From Candidatus Hydrogenedentota bacterium (lineage in GTDB: Bacteria > Hydrogenedentota > Hydrogenedentia > Hydrogenedentales > SLHB01), in contig JARKSN010000330.1 of the NCBI GenBank assembly GCA_029974275.1, forward strand, positions 1 to 42,978: a stretch of 42,978 nt of DNA. Reading direction: 5' to 3'. A model generated the notes under the pieces. The model did not search any database. It was not told the DNA's origin and worked only from the letters and a program-made list of their open reading frames with translations. Below, piece after piece: positions 18,791 through 29,750 of this stretch (the first letter of the stretch is position 1; every line of letters begins with the position of its first letter). The translations under genes were made by a program, and so were the position numbers.

Positions 18791-20268
18791 GGAACTCTCT
18801 CCGCCGGCGTTTCTCCTTCGGACGCGCCAGGCCCCTGCAATCGTTCCACGCGCACGATCGACACGCGTTTGCCCTCGCACGACTCAACCGTGAAACGCAT
18901 GCCCAACCACGTAACGGAATCGCCGGGATCAGGCAGCTTCTCGGCGATGTTCATCAGCAATCCGGCGACGGTGGTATGCTCGGCATCTTCGAATTCGACG
19001 CCAACGAGTTCGGAAAGTTCGTCGACCGGCAGATTGCCCGCAACGCGATACGTGTTCGCGTCCAGTTGAACGTAGTCGAAACTCTCCTCATCGCCGGCGT
19101 CGAGGATGTCGCCCACGACTTCCTGAATGGCATCGTGGAGGGTGACGATGCCAGAGGTGCCGCCGTACTCGTCCACGACGACGGCCATATGGGATCGGTG
19201 ACGCTGTGCGTCGCGCACGAACTGGCGGACAGTCATCGTTTCCGGAACGAAATGGACCGGACGCAGCAGCGGGCGGATGGGACGGCCCTTCTTGCCCTCC
19301 GTCATGTGCGGCAGCATGTCCTTCGCGACGAGGAGACCGACAATGTGATCCAGGTCTTCCCGGTAGACGGGCAGGCGCGAACAGTCGTGTTCGCGCAGGA
19401 TATCGAGCGCTTTCTCGATATCGGCATCTTCCTCGATGGCGATCACGCTCGGTCGCGGCACGAGAATTTCGCGCACGAGAACGTCGCTAAATTCAAGGAT
19501 GCCTTCGATCATTTGGCGCTCTTCTTCTTCGAGAACGCCGTGTGCTTCGCTATCGGAGAGCACCGATCGCAACTCGTCGTCCGTGATGAAGGGAGCTGCC
19601 CGGAATTCGTGAAACCGCACGACTTTGAAAAGCAAATCGGTCAAGCGCAGCAGCATGACGCACAACGGCGCCAACATCCAGCGCACGGCCTCCAACGGAA
19701 CAACAACGGCGCGGGCGAAACGCTCCGGCGCATGCACCGCGACGACCTTCGGCAAAATATCGCCGAAAAACAACAAGATGGCGGTGAGAATCAGCGTCGC
19801 GCCAACATAGCTCGCAAACGCCGGCCACGGGGTCACGGCCTCGAGAAATCCTTCGACGCGCGTTCCGACGATGGCGCCGATCAGAACGTTGACCAACACG
19901 TTGCCGACGAGGATCGTGGTGAGCAAGCGGCCGGGATCGTCCAACAGTTGCACAACCAAACGCCCCGTGAACGATTGCTCCTCGCGAAGAGCGCGAAGAC
20001 GCAGGCGGTGAATCGAGAAAAGGGCCGTTTCGGATCCGGAGAAAAAGGCCGAACACCCCAGCAGCGCCGCCACCGCGATGAGGGCCCCCGGCGGAAAGAA
20101 AACGCTTCCCTGACGCCAAACTGAGATCGCGGGCTCGGACGACGCGCCCGGGAAAATGGCCATCGCGGCGGGAGCAGCGACGCCCGCCGCCAACAGCCCT
20201 GTCCATAAAGCCGTTAGGCGGGCAATGTCGCTCACGAGAGATGCTTTCCGTTTCGCGCGCTTCGGCAT
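18787..20268 (-). CDS. CNNM/CorB (TlyC 'hemolysin') family protein, second paralog
   Basis: Motifs SAFFSGSETALFS, LLTTILVGN, FGDILPK, SRLPVY and HMAVVVDEYGGTSGIVTLHDAIQEVVGDI. Start approximate (ATG 20268). Confidence 0.9.
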   Translation of the reverse strand: MPKRAKRKASLVSDIARLTALWTGLLAAGVAAPAAMAIFPGASSEPAISVWRQGSVFFPPGALIAVAALLGCSAFFSGSETALFSIHRLRLRALREEQSFTGRLVVQLLDDPGRLLTTILVGNVLVNVLIGAIVGTRVEGFLEAVTPWPAFASYVGATLILTAILLFFGDILPKVVAVHAPERFARAVVVPLEAVRWMLAPLCVMLLRLTDLLFKVVRFHEFRAAPFITDDELRSVLSDSEAHGVLEEEERQMIEGILEFSDVLVREILVPRPSVIAIEEDADIEKALDILREHDCSRLPVYREDLDHIVGLLVAKDMLPHMTEGKKGRPIRPLLRPVHFVPETMTVRQFVRDAQRHRSHMAVVVDEYGGTSGIVTLHDAIQEVVGDILDAGDEESFDYVQLDANTYRVAGNLPVDELSELVGVEFEDAEHTTVAGLLMNIAEKLPDPGDSVTWLGMRFTVESCEGKRVSIVRVERLQGPGASEGETPAERVP

Positions 20269-20276
20269 GGGATCTC

Positions 20277-20777
20277 TCACCGATTCGCCCGCAACGGACG
20301 GCGCTTTCGCGCGAAGGCCTTTGAAGGGGGCCAAGCCGCCTCGAAGGGTATCCCCAGGCACTCCGCTTGACGACGCATCATCGCGGTCTTATCCTCGGCG
20401 GCGGCGTGATCATGCCCCAAAAGATGCAGCACGCCGTGACAAAACAAAAGGCGCGCTTCGTGGCGCGGGCTTTCACCGGTTTCGGCGCAATGGCGCTCGA
20501 CGGTTTCGAGCGAAATCACGATGTCGCCAAGAGGGCGCGGGCCCTTTCCGGGCGAATGGTTCTGCGCAAACGAAAGGACATCGGTCGGCTTGTCCTGGCG
20601 CCGGTATGTCTTGTTCAATCCTCGAATGAACAGGTCGTCGCAGTACAACAGACTTATCTCGACGTTGTCACGAAAGCCTTCGAGCGCGCAGGCCTTCGCT
20701 GCGATACGCTCCAGATCGCGCCGGAGGACGGGGGCGCGGAGGCCCGACGCATTGCGGACAATAAGCGTGACGGTCAT
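20277..20777 (-). CDS. ybeY: rRNA maturation endoribonuclease YbeY
   Basis: LNKTYRRQDKPTDVLSF, LGDIVIS and the HGVLHLLGHDH zinc motif. Start 20777 overlaps the upstream stop. Confidence 0.95.
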   Translation of the reverse strand: MTVTLIVRNASGLRAPVLRRDLERIAAKACALEGFRDNVEISLLYCDDLFIRGLNKTYRRQDKPTDVLSFAQNHSPGKGPRPLGDIVISLETVERHCAETGESPRHEARLLFCHGVLHLLGHDHAAAEDKTAMMRRQAECLGIPFEAAWPPSKAFARKRRPLRANR

Positions 20778-23278
20778 TTTTCGGTTCCCTCCCTTGCGGC
20801 GACGGGGGCGCCGGTTCTTTTGTCCAACCGTTCGGGATATGCGATCCGCGTGTGCATGCTCACCATGATGCGATGCGACACCACTTCCGCGATGGTGTCG
20901 AGATTGCGCAGCGTCAGATCGCATTCGTCGAATTGGCGGTCTTGCGCGCGCGCCGCGATGATCTTGTCGACGAATTCGCGGACGCGCTCCTCGTTTGGAT
21001 TCTTGATGGAACGCACCCCCGATTCGGCCGCGTCGCAGATCATGAGAATGGCGGTTTCCGGTGTCTGCGGCTTTGGGCCGGGATAGCGGAAATCGGATTC
21101 GGCGATGTCGTCATGCCGTTGCTGGTTCAGCGCCTGCTGGTAAAAAAAACCGATCAGGCAAGTGCCATGGTGCTCGAGGATTCCGCTGACGATGGGTTTC
21201 GGCAGGTGGAACTCCTTGGCAAGCTCGACCCCCTCGACGACGTGCGACGCGATGGCGCGTGCGCTCAGGCGCGGCGAGAGCTCCTCGTGAATGTTCGCGC
21301 CAGTTTGGTTCTCGATAAAGTATTCCGGACGGCGGAGCTTGCCAATGTCGTGGTAATAGGCGCACACCTGCGCAAGCAGGCCGTTGGCTCCGATGGCGTC
21401 GGCGGCGGCTTCGGCAAGCTGACCCAACATCAAGCTGTGGGCGTAGGTCGCAGGCACTTCAATGGCCAGGCGGCTCAGGACCTCGTTGTTGAGATCGGAA
21501 TATTCGAGAAGCTGAATGTCCGTGGTGATGCCCGACACGCGTTCGAGCGGAGACAAAAGGCCAGGAACCAGAAACAGGCACGCGACGCCGTTCATAAGGA
21601 TCAACGTCAAATCCCGCAGCCCCGTGTCCATCCCCACGGAACCCGTGGCCAGGATGATGGCCGCCATCGTGGCCATGCCGGCGGCGGTGGCCGTGATCGC
21701 CGCCCCCGTCATGTCGCTGCGCCGCCGCACGACCGATATGCCGGCCGCTCCGGCAAGCGACATGGCAAACCCCACCGCCAAGACATTCCAATTATAGTAA
21801 AATATAACCGATACCAAAAGGCTGGTCAGCAGGCTGGCCAACATCGCCACCCGCACGTTGGTAAGGATAGCGAGCAGAATGCTCCCCGCCGCGATGGGCA
21901 CGGTCAGCCCCTTGATGTCGAAATAGGAAATCACGCGGGCGGCGACCAACGTGCCGGCCATGATCAGCAGCGCCAAGGCCACCTTCAAAAAAACATCCTC
22001 TTGCGGCTTGCGATCCATGAACGGCATGAAACGCAACAGACAGAACAGCGCCAACCCCGCCAACGCCGCATGGGCGACCGCCACGGCGAAAACGTTCTTG
22101 GTCTTGTCGCCGCGCTGCTCCTTCAACTTCTGGTGCGTCTCGTATGCCAGCTTGGACTGCGGAGTCCACGGCTTGCCCCGCTCCTGGATTTGCTCCTCGC
22201 GCTGATAGGTTCTGAGAACGGGCTTCACCTCGGCGCGCGCTTTTTCCCGCTGCCGCTCCGTCTCTTCGGGATAGAACGACAAGGTGTCCGCCACGTTCGC
22301 CCGCGCCAGCTCAAGGGCCGCCCGTTCAAGGGTTTGCACATCGGTGGGCGATGCGCTGGCGGCGGCGGGGCTTTCCTTAATCTTTTCGGCGATGCGCGCG
22401 GCAAGTTGTTGCTTGGCGCGGGCGGGAGTCGGGGCTTGAATCAGAGCAATCTCCTCGCGCAAGGTTTGCCCCTCGACCGGCGCATCGCGAAGAATGATCA
22501 ACTTTTCCGGACCGATGGCGGGCGATTCGCGCTCCTTGAGCGACAGGACGCCATAACTCAAGACATTCCGCAGCCCTTGCTCCGCCACTTCCGCGAGATA
22601 GTCGATGTTGGCGAATTCGAAAGCGGGCCCGGAGGGGGCGATTAACCGCAGGGTCTGCCGGGACACGGCCGGATTCTCGTCCGCGGGAGCGGCGGCGAAT
22701 TCACGCTTGGGCACGGACTGGGGCAAGGGCATGAGCCATGCGGCGAGAGCGGCCGGGTCTTGGACGCCTTGGAATTCGGCCTGCTGCAGCAGCGCTTGCG
22801 CATGCGACACGATCGCCTGACGCGTCACTTCGTTCTCGTCCTGGGCGGAAGTCGAACGCAGCAAGGCCTGGCGAACGGCCTGCTCGATACCTTCCCGCTG
22901 CGCGCGCAGCGCATCAATTTGAAGACGCAACTGATTCAGCTGCTCGTTCACACGGTCCACGTTCACCCGGAAAGCCTCGGGCACTTGGGCGGCCGCAGCC
23001 TCGCGGAGCTTTTCCGAAGCCTCCTTGTTTTCGACTTCAAAGGGAAATTGGGCGTATATGCTCTCGCGGGCAAGCTGGTTCGTGTCGATGGTTTCTTCAG
23101 ACTTTTCGGCGGGAATCTGAAGGCTCAGGCAGGCGACCATGATAAGGAACATCGCTGCGATGAAAAGGCGCCGCTTCCATCGCCGCGGAGCTTTGTTCGC
23201 GGGATCTTGCGTCCCGCGATAGAACCCTCTTCGGGGCTTGGCCTTGCGACGGCCAAACCACCCCATGTTCATGTCCAT
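20774..23278 (-). CDS. pgpH: 7TM-HD phosphohydrolase (cyclic-di-AMP phosphodiesterase PgpH-like)
   Basis: N-terminal TM helix, large extracytoplasmic domain, about 7 TM helices, then TYAHS, YYHDIGK, YFIENQ, SHVVEG, EHHGT, FRYPGPKPQTPE and MICDAAES; canonical phoH-pgpH-ybeY context. Confidence 0.88.
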   Translation of the reverse strand: MDMNMGWFGRRKAKPRRGFYRGTQDPANKAPRRWKRRLFIAAMFLIMVACLSLQIPAEKSEETIDTNQLARESIYAQFPFEVENKEASEKLREAAAAQVPEAFRVNVDRVNEQLNQLRLQIDALRAQREGIEQAVRQALLRSTSAQDENEVTRQAIVSHAQALLQQAEFQGVQDPAALAAWLMPLPQSVPKREFAAAPADENPAVSRQTLRLIAPSGPAFEFANIDYLAEVAEQGLRNVLSYGVLSLKERESPAIGPEKLIILRDAPVEGQTLREEIALIQAPTPARAKQQLAARIAEKIKESPAAASASPTDVQTLERAALELARANVADTLSFYPEETERQREKARAEVKPVLRTYQREEQIQERGKPWTPQSKLAYETHQKLKEQRGDKTKNVFAVAVAHAALAGLALFCLLRFMPFMDRKPQEDVFLKVALALLIMAGTLVAARVISYFDIKGLTVPIAAGSILLAILTNVRVAMLASLLTSLLVSVIFYYNWNVLAVGFAMSLAGAAGISVVRRRSDMTGAAITATAAGMATMAAIILATGSVGMDTGLRDLTLILMNGVACLFLVPGLLSPLERVSGITTDIQLLEYSDLNNEVLSRLAIEVPATYAHSLMLGQLAEAAADAIGANGLLAQVCAYYHDIGKLRRPEYFIENQTGANIHEELSPRLSARAIASHVVEGVELAKEFHLPKPIVSGILEHHGTCLIGFFYQQALNQQRHDDIAESDFRYPGPKPQTPETAILMICDAAESGVRSIKNPNEERVREFVDKIIAARAQDRQFDECDLTLRNLDTIAEVVSHRIMVSMHTRIAYPERLDKRTGAPVAAREGTEK

Positions 23279-24321
23279 CAGCGATCGTCCCTGTCACAAA
23301 AACGGGAAGGCCCGGCATCTGGATCGCCCACTTCCTCCTCCGCCTCGTACGCGGCAATGATCCGCTCGACAAGCGCATGCCGCACTACGTCGGCGCGCGA
23401 CAAATGAACGATGCCAATGCCCTTGGTGTCGCGAAGAATGCGGGCCGCCTCGACAAGACCGGATTTGGTTCCCTTCGGCAAGTCGATCTGCGTGACGTCC
23501 CCGGTGATCACCGCCTTCGACCCCTCGCCAAGCCGCGTGAGAAACATTTTCATCTGTTCCTCGGTCGTGTTTTGCGCCTCGTCGAGAATGGCAAAGGCCT
23601 TGGAAAGCGTGCGCCCCCGCATGAAGGCCAAGGGAGCCACCTCGATGATTTCGCGGTCGATCATGCGACGAACCCGTTCCATATCCACCATGAAGTAAAG
23701 CGCGTCGTACAGCGGACGCAGATACGGGTTGACTTTTTGCGCCAAGTCGCCCGGGAGGAAGCCGAGATTTTCGCCCGCTTCCACGGCGGGCCGGGTCAGG
23801 ATAAGACGATCCACCTCTTTGTTCAGCAACGAAGAAACCGCCGCCGCCATGGCGAGAAAAGTCTTGCCCGTTCCCGCGGGACCAATGACAAGAGTGATGT
23901 CGTGCGAGCGGACAACGTCAAGATACTGCTTCTGCCCCCGCGTGCGCGGCTTGATTTGCATGTCGCGCCGCAAAGCAGCGGGGGAAGATCCAAACAGATC
24001 GGCAAGGTCGCCGCCGTTGTCGAGACGCGCTTGACTCAGGGCATACGTGATGTCGGCCAGCGTCGGCGTGTGCCCGCGCCGCACGGCATCGAGCATCTGA
24101 TCGAGCATGCGCCCCACCTGCTGCGTCGCGGCGGCATCGCCCATCACCACGACCTTGGCCCCGCGGTCAACGATGCGGACCGGCGTGGCGTCTTGTATGC
24201 GTTTGCGCAACTCGCCATTGCGGCCGAGAAGCTTAACGGCTTCGTCTTGACTGTTGAGGAGAATCTCGTGTGTCAGCTTCTCGTCGAGCTCCTTGTTGGG
24301 GACCTGGCGCGGCGCTTGCAA
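23278..24321 (-). CDS. phoH: PhoH-family ATPase (YbeZ/PhoL type)
   Basis: GPAGTGKT, LTRPAVEAGENLGFLPGDL, APLAFMRGRTL and ILDEAQN. Start uncertain: ATG 24363 (overlaps the ftsB stop), TTG 24321, or CTG 24276 (after AAGGAG). Confidence 0.93.
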   Translation of the reverse strand: MQAPRQVPNKELDEKLTHEILLNSQDEAVKLLGRNGELRKRIQDATPVRIVDRGAKVVVMGDAAATQQVGRMLDQMLDAVRRGHTPTLADITYALSQARLDNGGDLADLFGSSPAALRRDMQIKPRTRGQKQYLDVVRSHDITLVIGPAGTGKTFLAMAAAVSSLLNKEVDRLILTRPAVEAGENLGFLPGDLAQKVNPYLRPLYDALYFMVDMERVRRMIDREIIEVAPLAFMRGRTLSKAFAILDEAQNTTEEQMKMFLTRLGEGSKAVITGDVTQIDLPKGTKSGLVEAARILRDTKGIGIVHLSRADVVRHALVERIIAAYEAEEEVGDPDAGPSRFCDRDDR

Positions 24322-24362
24322 AACGAGACCTTGCGGGTCTCCGGCCGACCGGCCCCGCTGCA

Positions 24363-24650
24363 TCACCGGGGCGGCAATTCGATTCGATACACCGTCTCGC
24401 CTTCGCGAACAAGGCTCTTGTTGCGGCGGACCGACTCTTCCATTTCCACGGGATCGCTGCTGAGGCCATCGACGGATTTCTTGATCTCGTCTCGCTGGGC
24501 CTTGAGGTGGATTTCTTGCTGGCGCAGTTGATCGATCGCGCGCTTGTTGGCCTGCAGTTTCTCCCACGAACCCGAAAAATCGCGGTGGTAGGCATACCCC
24601 ACAAGGATGCCTACCACCGCGGTCATCGCTATCCAATACTTCACGTTCAT
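24363..24650 (-). CDS. ftsB: Septum formation initiator (FtsB/DivIC family)
   Basis: 95 aa with an N-terminal TM helix, a coiled coil and DPVEMEESVRRNKSLVREGETVY; conserved eno-ftsB adjacency. Confidence 0.8.
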   Translation of the reverse strand: MNVKYWIAMTAVVGILVGYAYHRDFSGSWEKLQANKRAIDQLRQQEIHLKAQRDEIKKSVDGLSSDPVEMEESVRRNKSLVREGETVYRIELPPR

Positions 24651-24677
24651 GCGTTCCGCTACCGAGCGGTCCGTCTC

Positions 24678-26003
<1,326 letters not shown>

Positions 26004-26027
26004 TTAACCAACCCTAGTCTAGCGCAT

Positions 26028-26843
26028 TTACCCTTTCCAGGGGAACAAAAAATCGCGGATTCCTCGGTTTAGATAGTCGTCCTCGGCATCGTCCGGAAAC
26101 GGTTTCGCCGTTCGCTCCGCTCCCAAAGATGCGTTCGCCGACATCGCTGCGGACGCATATTTCCTGGCCAACAGCTCGAATGCAGTCGAGGCCAACACCA
26201 TCGACCACGCTCCCAAAAACAAGAACAACATGGGCGCGGCAATCACCGATAAAATGGCCAGACACGCCACCTGAACGCCTACGCCGAGTATCAACAACGG
26301 GTTGCCCGCGACAATCAACGCCGTCAGCCGAATCGTCTCGCCCACGCTTCCCTTTTTCTGCACGAGCGTCGGAAAGACCATCAAAGCCATCAGCGCCGCA
26401 AAGAGCAGACACCACAACGCCAATCCACTCAGAACGTACCCCATCCACGCCCATGCGCCTTCAAAGGCCCGCGCATAGAACCAGACGCTCGTGGCCAGCG
26501 CCGTAACGCCCGCCACATAGATCAACCCGATAGCCATCGCCCGGAGGCCGTATTGGCGCATGCCTGCAAGCATGGTCCGAACCGCCCCATCGCGCGTATC
26601 GATCAACTCCTTGATCATGTGAGCCAACCCTGCCGTAGCAACCGGCAACGCAACGCCCAACGCGATCAACAACGCCGGCGCCCCTACGAGCGCCCATAGA
26701 CCCGGGTCCCGGCCCCAAAAGACCGCGCCCCCAAGCGACAACGGAACCATCACGATCATCGACCACAAAAGGTTGGCGAGCATGAGCTTGCCGATGTGAT
26801 CGTATATGACCCAGAACGCCATTTTGATGGCTCGCCCAAGCAT
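26028..26843 (-). CDS. Membrane protein, DUF624/YesL-like
   Basis: Motifs ANLLWS and LPVATAGL with several TM helices. Start moved to ATG 26843 to avoid overlapping surA. Confidence 0.6.
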   Translation of the reverse strand: MLGRAIKMAFWVIYDHIGKLMLANLLWSMIVMVPLSLGGAVFWGRDPGLWALVGAPALLIALGVALPVATAGLAHMIKELIDTRDGAVRTMLAGMRQYGLRAMAIGLIYVAGVTALATSVWFYARAFEGAWAWMGYVLSGLALWCLLFAALMALMVFPTLVQKKGSVGETIRLTALIVAGNPLLILGVGVQVACLAILSVIAAPMLFLFLGAWSMVLASTAFELLARKYASAAMSANASLGAERTAKPFPDDAEDDYLNRGIRDFLFPWKG

Positions 26844-26893
26844 GTTATCCCACGCCTTCGACAATCGTGGCGCGGCTTCTCCGGGGCGCGCCT

Positions 26894-27877
26894 CTAGAGA
26901 TATAGGTGGACACGGCTGCGCTTGCGCAATTCCCCCAGCCATTTGCTGAAACGTTCGCCGGCCGCTTTTTCGCGCAGTTTAGGGCCTATTTCCTTGCGCA
27001 CCTCATCCAGGGTGGCCTGGCCCGCCGGTTCACGTTTTTCGACCTTCAACACGCTGAACCCGGTGTCCGTTTCGAGAACGCCGCTGATCTCGCCCTCCGG
27101 CGTTGCGAAAGCCGCCTCATCCAACGCGTCTACGAGATCGCCCCGAGCCACCCATCCCACCAAGCCCCCGTCCTGGGCGCCCGGAGCCTCGGAATGCGCC
27201 TGGGCCAATTCTCCGAAATTCGCGCCTTTGTCCAATTCTCCCTTGATTTGCTCAATCCGAGCCCGAATTTCGGCCCGGCCTTGAGGATCAGACGGAACCG
27301 ACAGGAAAATTTGCCGTATGCGAGCCCGATCGGGGCGGAAGAACTCGTGCGGACGATCTTGGAAGTATTGGGCCACGTCCGATTCGGACACTTCGACTTC
27401 GGCCTCGAATTGCCGACGCTTGCTCTGGGCCATTTTGCTGACCAAAATGCCCTTGCGGATGACCTCGCGGAGTTCGCCGACGGTCATGCCCGAAGCCTCG
27501 ACTTCTTTCTGGAAGGCCTCCGCAGAGGGATACTGTTCCCGCTCCATTTGAATGCGTTTTTCCACAAGATCGTCTTCAACCTTGATGCCGGCAATCAAGG
27601 CTTCGCGCAAAAGAATCTTGGCGTCGATGGCCTGTTCCACCGCTTGACGCAGAATGCGTTCCGCCTGACGGGCATATTCGGCGTCGCTTTTCGCCACGCG
27701 CGAGGCTTCCTGCAGCGCGGGACGGACTTCGGCGATAACCTCGCTCTGCAGAATGGGTTCCTTGTCGACCGTGGCCACGATGCGATCGACGAGTTCGGCC
27801 TGCGCCGTTGCGCCGACCCAAATCGCCGCCAGGATCGAGAGACCCGCTGTTGCACAAAAATTGCGTATAGGCGTCAT
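26894..27877 (-). CDS. surA: SurA/PrsA-type peptidyl-prolyl isomerase (parvulin) chaperone
   Basis: Signal peptide, VDRIVATVDKEPILQSEV (SurA N-domain), and parvulin motifs FGELAQAHSE, GGLVGWV and ISGVLETDTGF. Start at ATG 27877. Confidence 0.85.
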   Translation of the reverse strand: MTPIRNFCATAGLSILAAIWVGATAQAELVDRIVATVDKEPILQSEVIAEVRPALQEASRVAKSDAEYARQAERILRQAVEQAIDAKILLREALIAGIKVEDDLVEKRIQMEREQYPSAEAFQKEVEASGMTVGELREVIRKGILVSKMAQSKRRQFEAEVEVSESDVAQYFQDRPHEFFRPDRARIRQIFLSVPSDPQGRAEIRARIEQIKGELDKGANFGELAQAHSEAPGAQDGGLVGWVARGDLVDALDEAAFATPEGEISGVLETDTGFSVLKVEKREPAGQATLDEVRKEIGPKLREKAAGERFSKWLGELRKRSRVHLYL

Positions 27878-27954
27878 GGCACTGGTACACCTCGGGGTTT
27901 GCACGCGGCGAGGCAAGCGTTTGGCGCCAAAGCCCTGCCCGCCGAATCGGCGAA

Positions 27955-27983
27955 AGGATAGCACACCCGCTTTTCCGGCGCAA
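27955..27983 (-). promoter_or_regulatory. Sigma70-type promoter candidate for surA
   Basis: TTGCGC, 17-nt spacer, TATCCT with an extended -10 TG. Confidence 0.55.
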
Positions 27984-27986
27984 CAC

Positions 27987-28015
27987 GTGACAGCTTTCCT
28001 TTTCGACGGTATCCT
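27987..28015 (+). promoter_or_regulatory. Sigma70-type promoter candidate for the GT2 gene (possibly a leaderless transcript)
   Basis: GTGACA, 17-nt spacer, TATCCT, ending 4 nt before ATG 28020. Confidence 0.5.
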
Positions 28016-28019
28016 GGAC

Positions 28020-28751
28020 ATGAACAACTCAGCGCCTCTCTTCTCGATCGTCGTGCCCGCCTACGACGAAGAACGCTATTTGCCCCGGTGTCTGGACGCG
28101 ATTCACCGGTCAATCGCCCAACTTGGCGAGGACGTCGAGATTATCGTCGTGGACAACGAAAGCCACGACGGAACCGTCGCCGTTGCGCGCGAACACGGCG
28201 CGCGCGTCGTCACCGAAACCGCAAAGAACCTTTCGTGCATCCGCAACCGCGGCGCCCAAGCTGCCCGCGGCCACTACCTTGTCTTCGTCGACGCCGACAG
28301 TTATATGTCCAGCGCCATGCTGACGGAAATACGCCGGGTTATAGACTCAGGCCGGTATGTCGGGGGCGGCGTTTTGGACGTGCGGCCCGACCGCTGGTCT
28401 CTCGGCATCTTCATGCACGCCGTTATATTGGGCCTCGCCTTTCTACTGTTTTGGAGGCGCTTGTCCGTTTGCTTGTTCTACACGACGCGCGAGGCGTTCG
28501 AGGCGGTTGGCGGGTTCAACGAAAGCCTTTATGCCGTCGAAGACATCGATTTCGCCCATCGATTGTGGCGTCATGGCCGCGAAAAAGGGCTTCGCTACAA
28601 GAACTTGGTTACGGCGCACCTCGTTACGTCGACGCGCAAATTCGACGAGTACGGCGACTGGATGGCTTTCCGCCATCCCGGTAAAGTGTTCCGCGCCTTG
28701 CGCAACGACCGCGCCGCCGCACACGATTTCTGGTACCGCCGCCGCCGCTGA
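28020..28751 (+). CDS. Glycosyltransferase family 2
   Basis: FSIVVPAYDEE, IIVVDNESHDGT, RNRGA, LVFVDAD (DxD) and GGFNESLYAVEDIDF. Start at ATG 28020. Confidence 0.92.
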   Translation: MNNSAPLFSIVVPAYDEERYLPRCLDAIHRSIAQLGEDVEIIVVDNESHDGTVAVAREHGARVVTETAKNLSCIRNRGAQAARGHYLVFVDADSYMSSAMLTEIRRVIDSGRYVGGGVLDVRPDRWSLGIFMHAVILGLAFLLFWRRLSVCLFYTTREAFEAVGGFNESLYAVEDIDFAHRLWRHGREKGLRYKNLVTAHLVTSTRKFDEYGDWMAFRHPGKVFRALRNDRAAAHDFWYRRRR

Positions 28752-28827
28752 TCCCTTTGCGACAAGAAGACTTTCTTCCGACGTTTTCGTCATGCTACCC
28801 TTACGGCCAAACCGAGGAGGAAGAGGC

Positions 28828-29748
28828 ATGCGTTTTCGAGTCGTGTTGGCGTTCATGCTGTTGGCGGCATTGGCGGGTTGTCCAAGCCCGTATCGCTTGG
28901 GTTTTCCAGGTCCCCATCCCGTGAAAAAGTACTATACGCGGTGGTCGCCCGACTATCCGGAAGTTTCGGTCTTCTATTCGGACGCGCAGCCGAAAATGAA
29001 GCATGCGCCCGCAGTCATCTTCTCTACGGGCTGGAATCAACCTCGGGGATCGTACGAGGGATATGCAACGCAATTGGCGCAGTGGGGCTACGTTGCGATC
29101 ATCCGTTCCTATCCGGGGCTGGGCATAGGACGGCTGGGGGATGCCAACTTGGTGGACCACGTCAAACAAATCAGCGGCATCATCGACTGGCTTGCACAAG
29201 AAAACGAACGTCCCGACTCGCCGCTGTACGAGCGGGTCGACGCCGACAACGTCGGCGTGACCGGCCATTCGATGGGGGCCACCGTGTCGATCATCGCGGG
29301 CACGTGGGACCCGCGCATTCGCGCCGTCGTTTCGCTGGACATCAAATACCAAGAGCCGCGCCTGGAACCATTCGCGCGGTACCAGGACGCCGCAGGGGCA
29401 TACCTGCTCGTTGCAACGGACGAGGCTGGCTGGTGCGGCATACCGCCGCGCGCCAGCGGCCGCATTCTGGACCTGCTCAAGCCGCCCGCCGCGCAAGTCA
29501 CGATTCTGGGCGGGGATCACATGGATTTCGAGGACTCCATTGTCGGGCTGAATTATTTCGCCCTAATCGCCTGCACGCCCGGCCAGATGGATTCGCAGCT
29601 TTCGCGCGATCTTTCAACGAAGTACATGATTGCGTGGTTCAACGTCTACCTGCAGGGCAAGGAGGAGTTTTCCGATTATTACAGCGGCCAACGCGCCCAA
29701 GAGGATGTGGATCAAGGGCTGGTCACCATCGAGTTGAAACTGGAGTAG
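28828..29748 (+). CDS. Lipoprotein alpha/beta hydrolase (chlorophyllase/cutinase-like)
   Basis: Lipobox LAGC after MRFRVVLAFMLLAA; QLAQWGY; nucleophile elbow GVTGHSMG; SLD; His motif GGDHMDF. GAGGAGG SD. Confidence 0.82.
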   Translation: MRFRVVLAFMLLAALAGCPSPYRLGFPGPHPVKKYYTRWSPDYPEVSVFYSDAQPKMKHAPAVIFSTGWNQPRGSYEGYATQLAQWGYVAIIRSYPGLGIGRLGDANLVDHVKQISGIIDWLAQENERPDSPLYERVDADNVGVTGHSMGATVSIIAGTWDPRIRAVVSLDIKYQEPRLEPFARYQDAAGAYLLVATDEAGWCGIPPRASGRILDLLKPPAAQVTILGGDHMDFEDSIVGLNYFALIACTPGQMDSQLSRDLSTKYMIAWFNVYLQGKEEFSDYYSGQRAQEDVDQGLVTIELKLE

Positions 29749-29750
29749 CC

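Noticed and set aside
17537..20268. 'Hemolysin' genes as virulence factors
   Set aside because: The DUF21-CBS-CorC architecture and ybeY context indicate CNNM/CorB Mg2+-homeostasis proteins.
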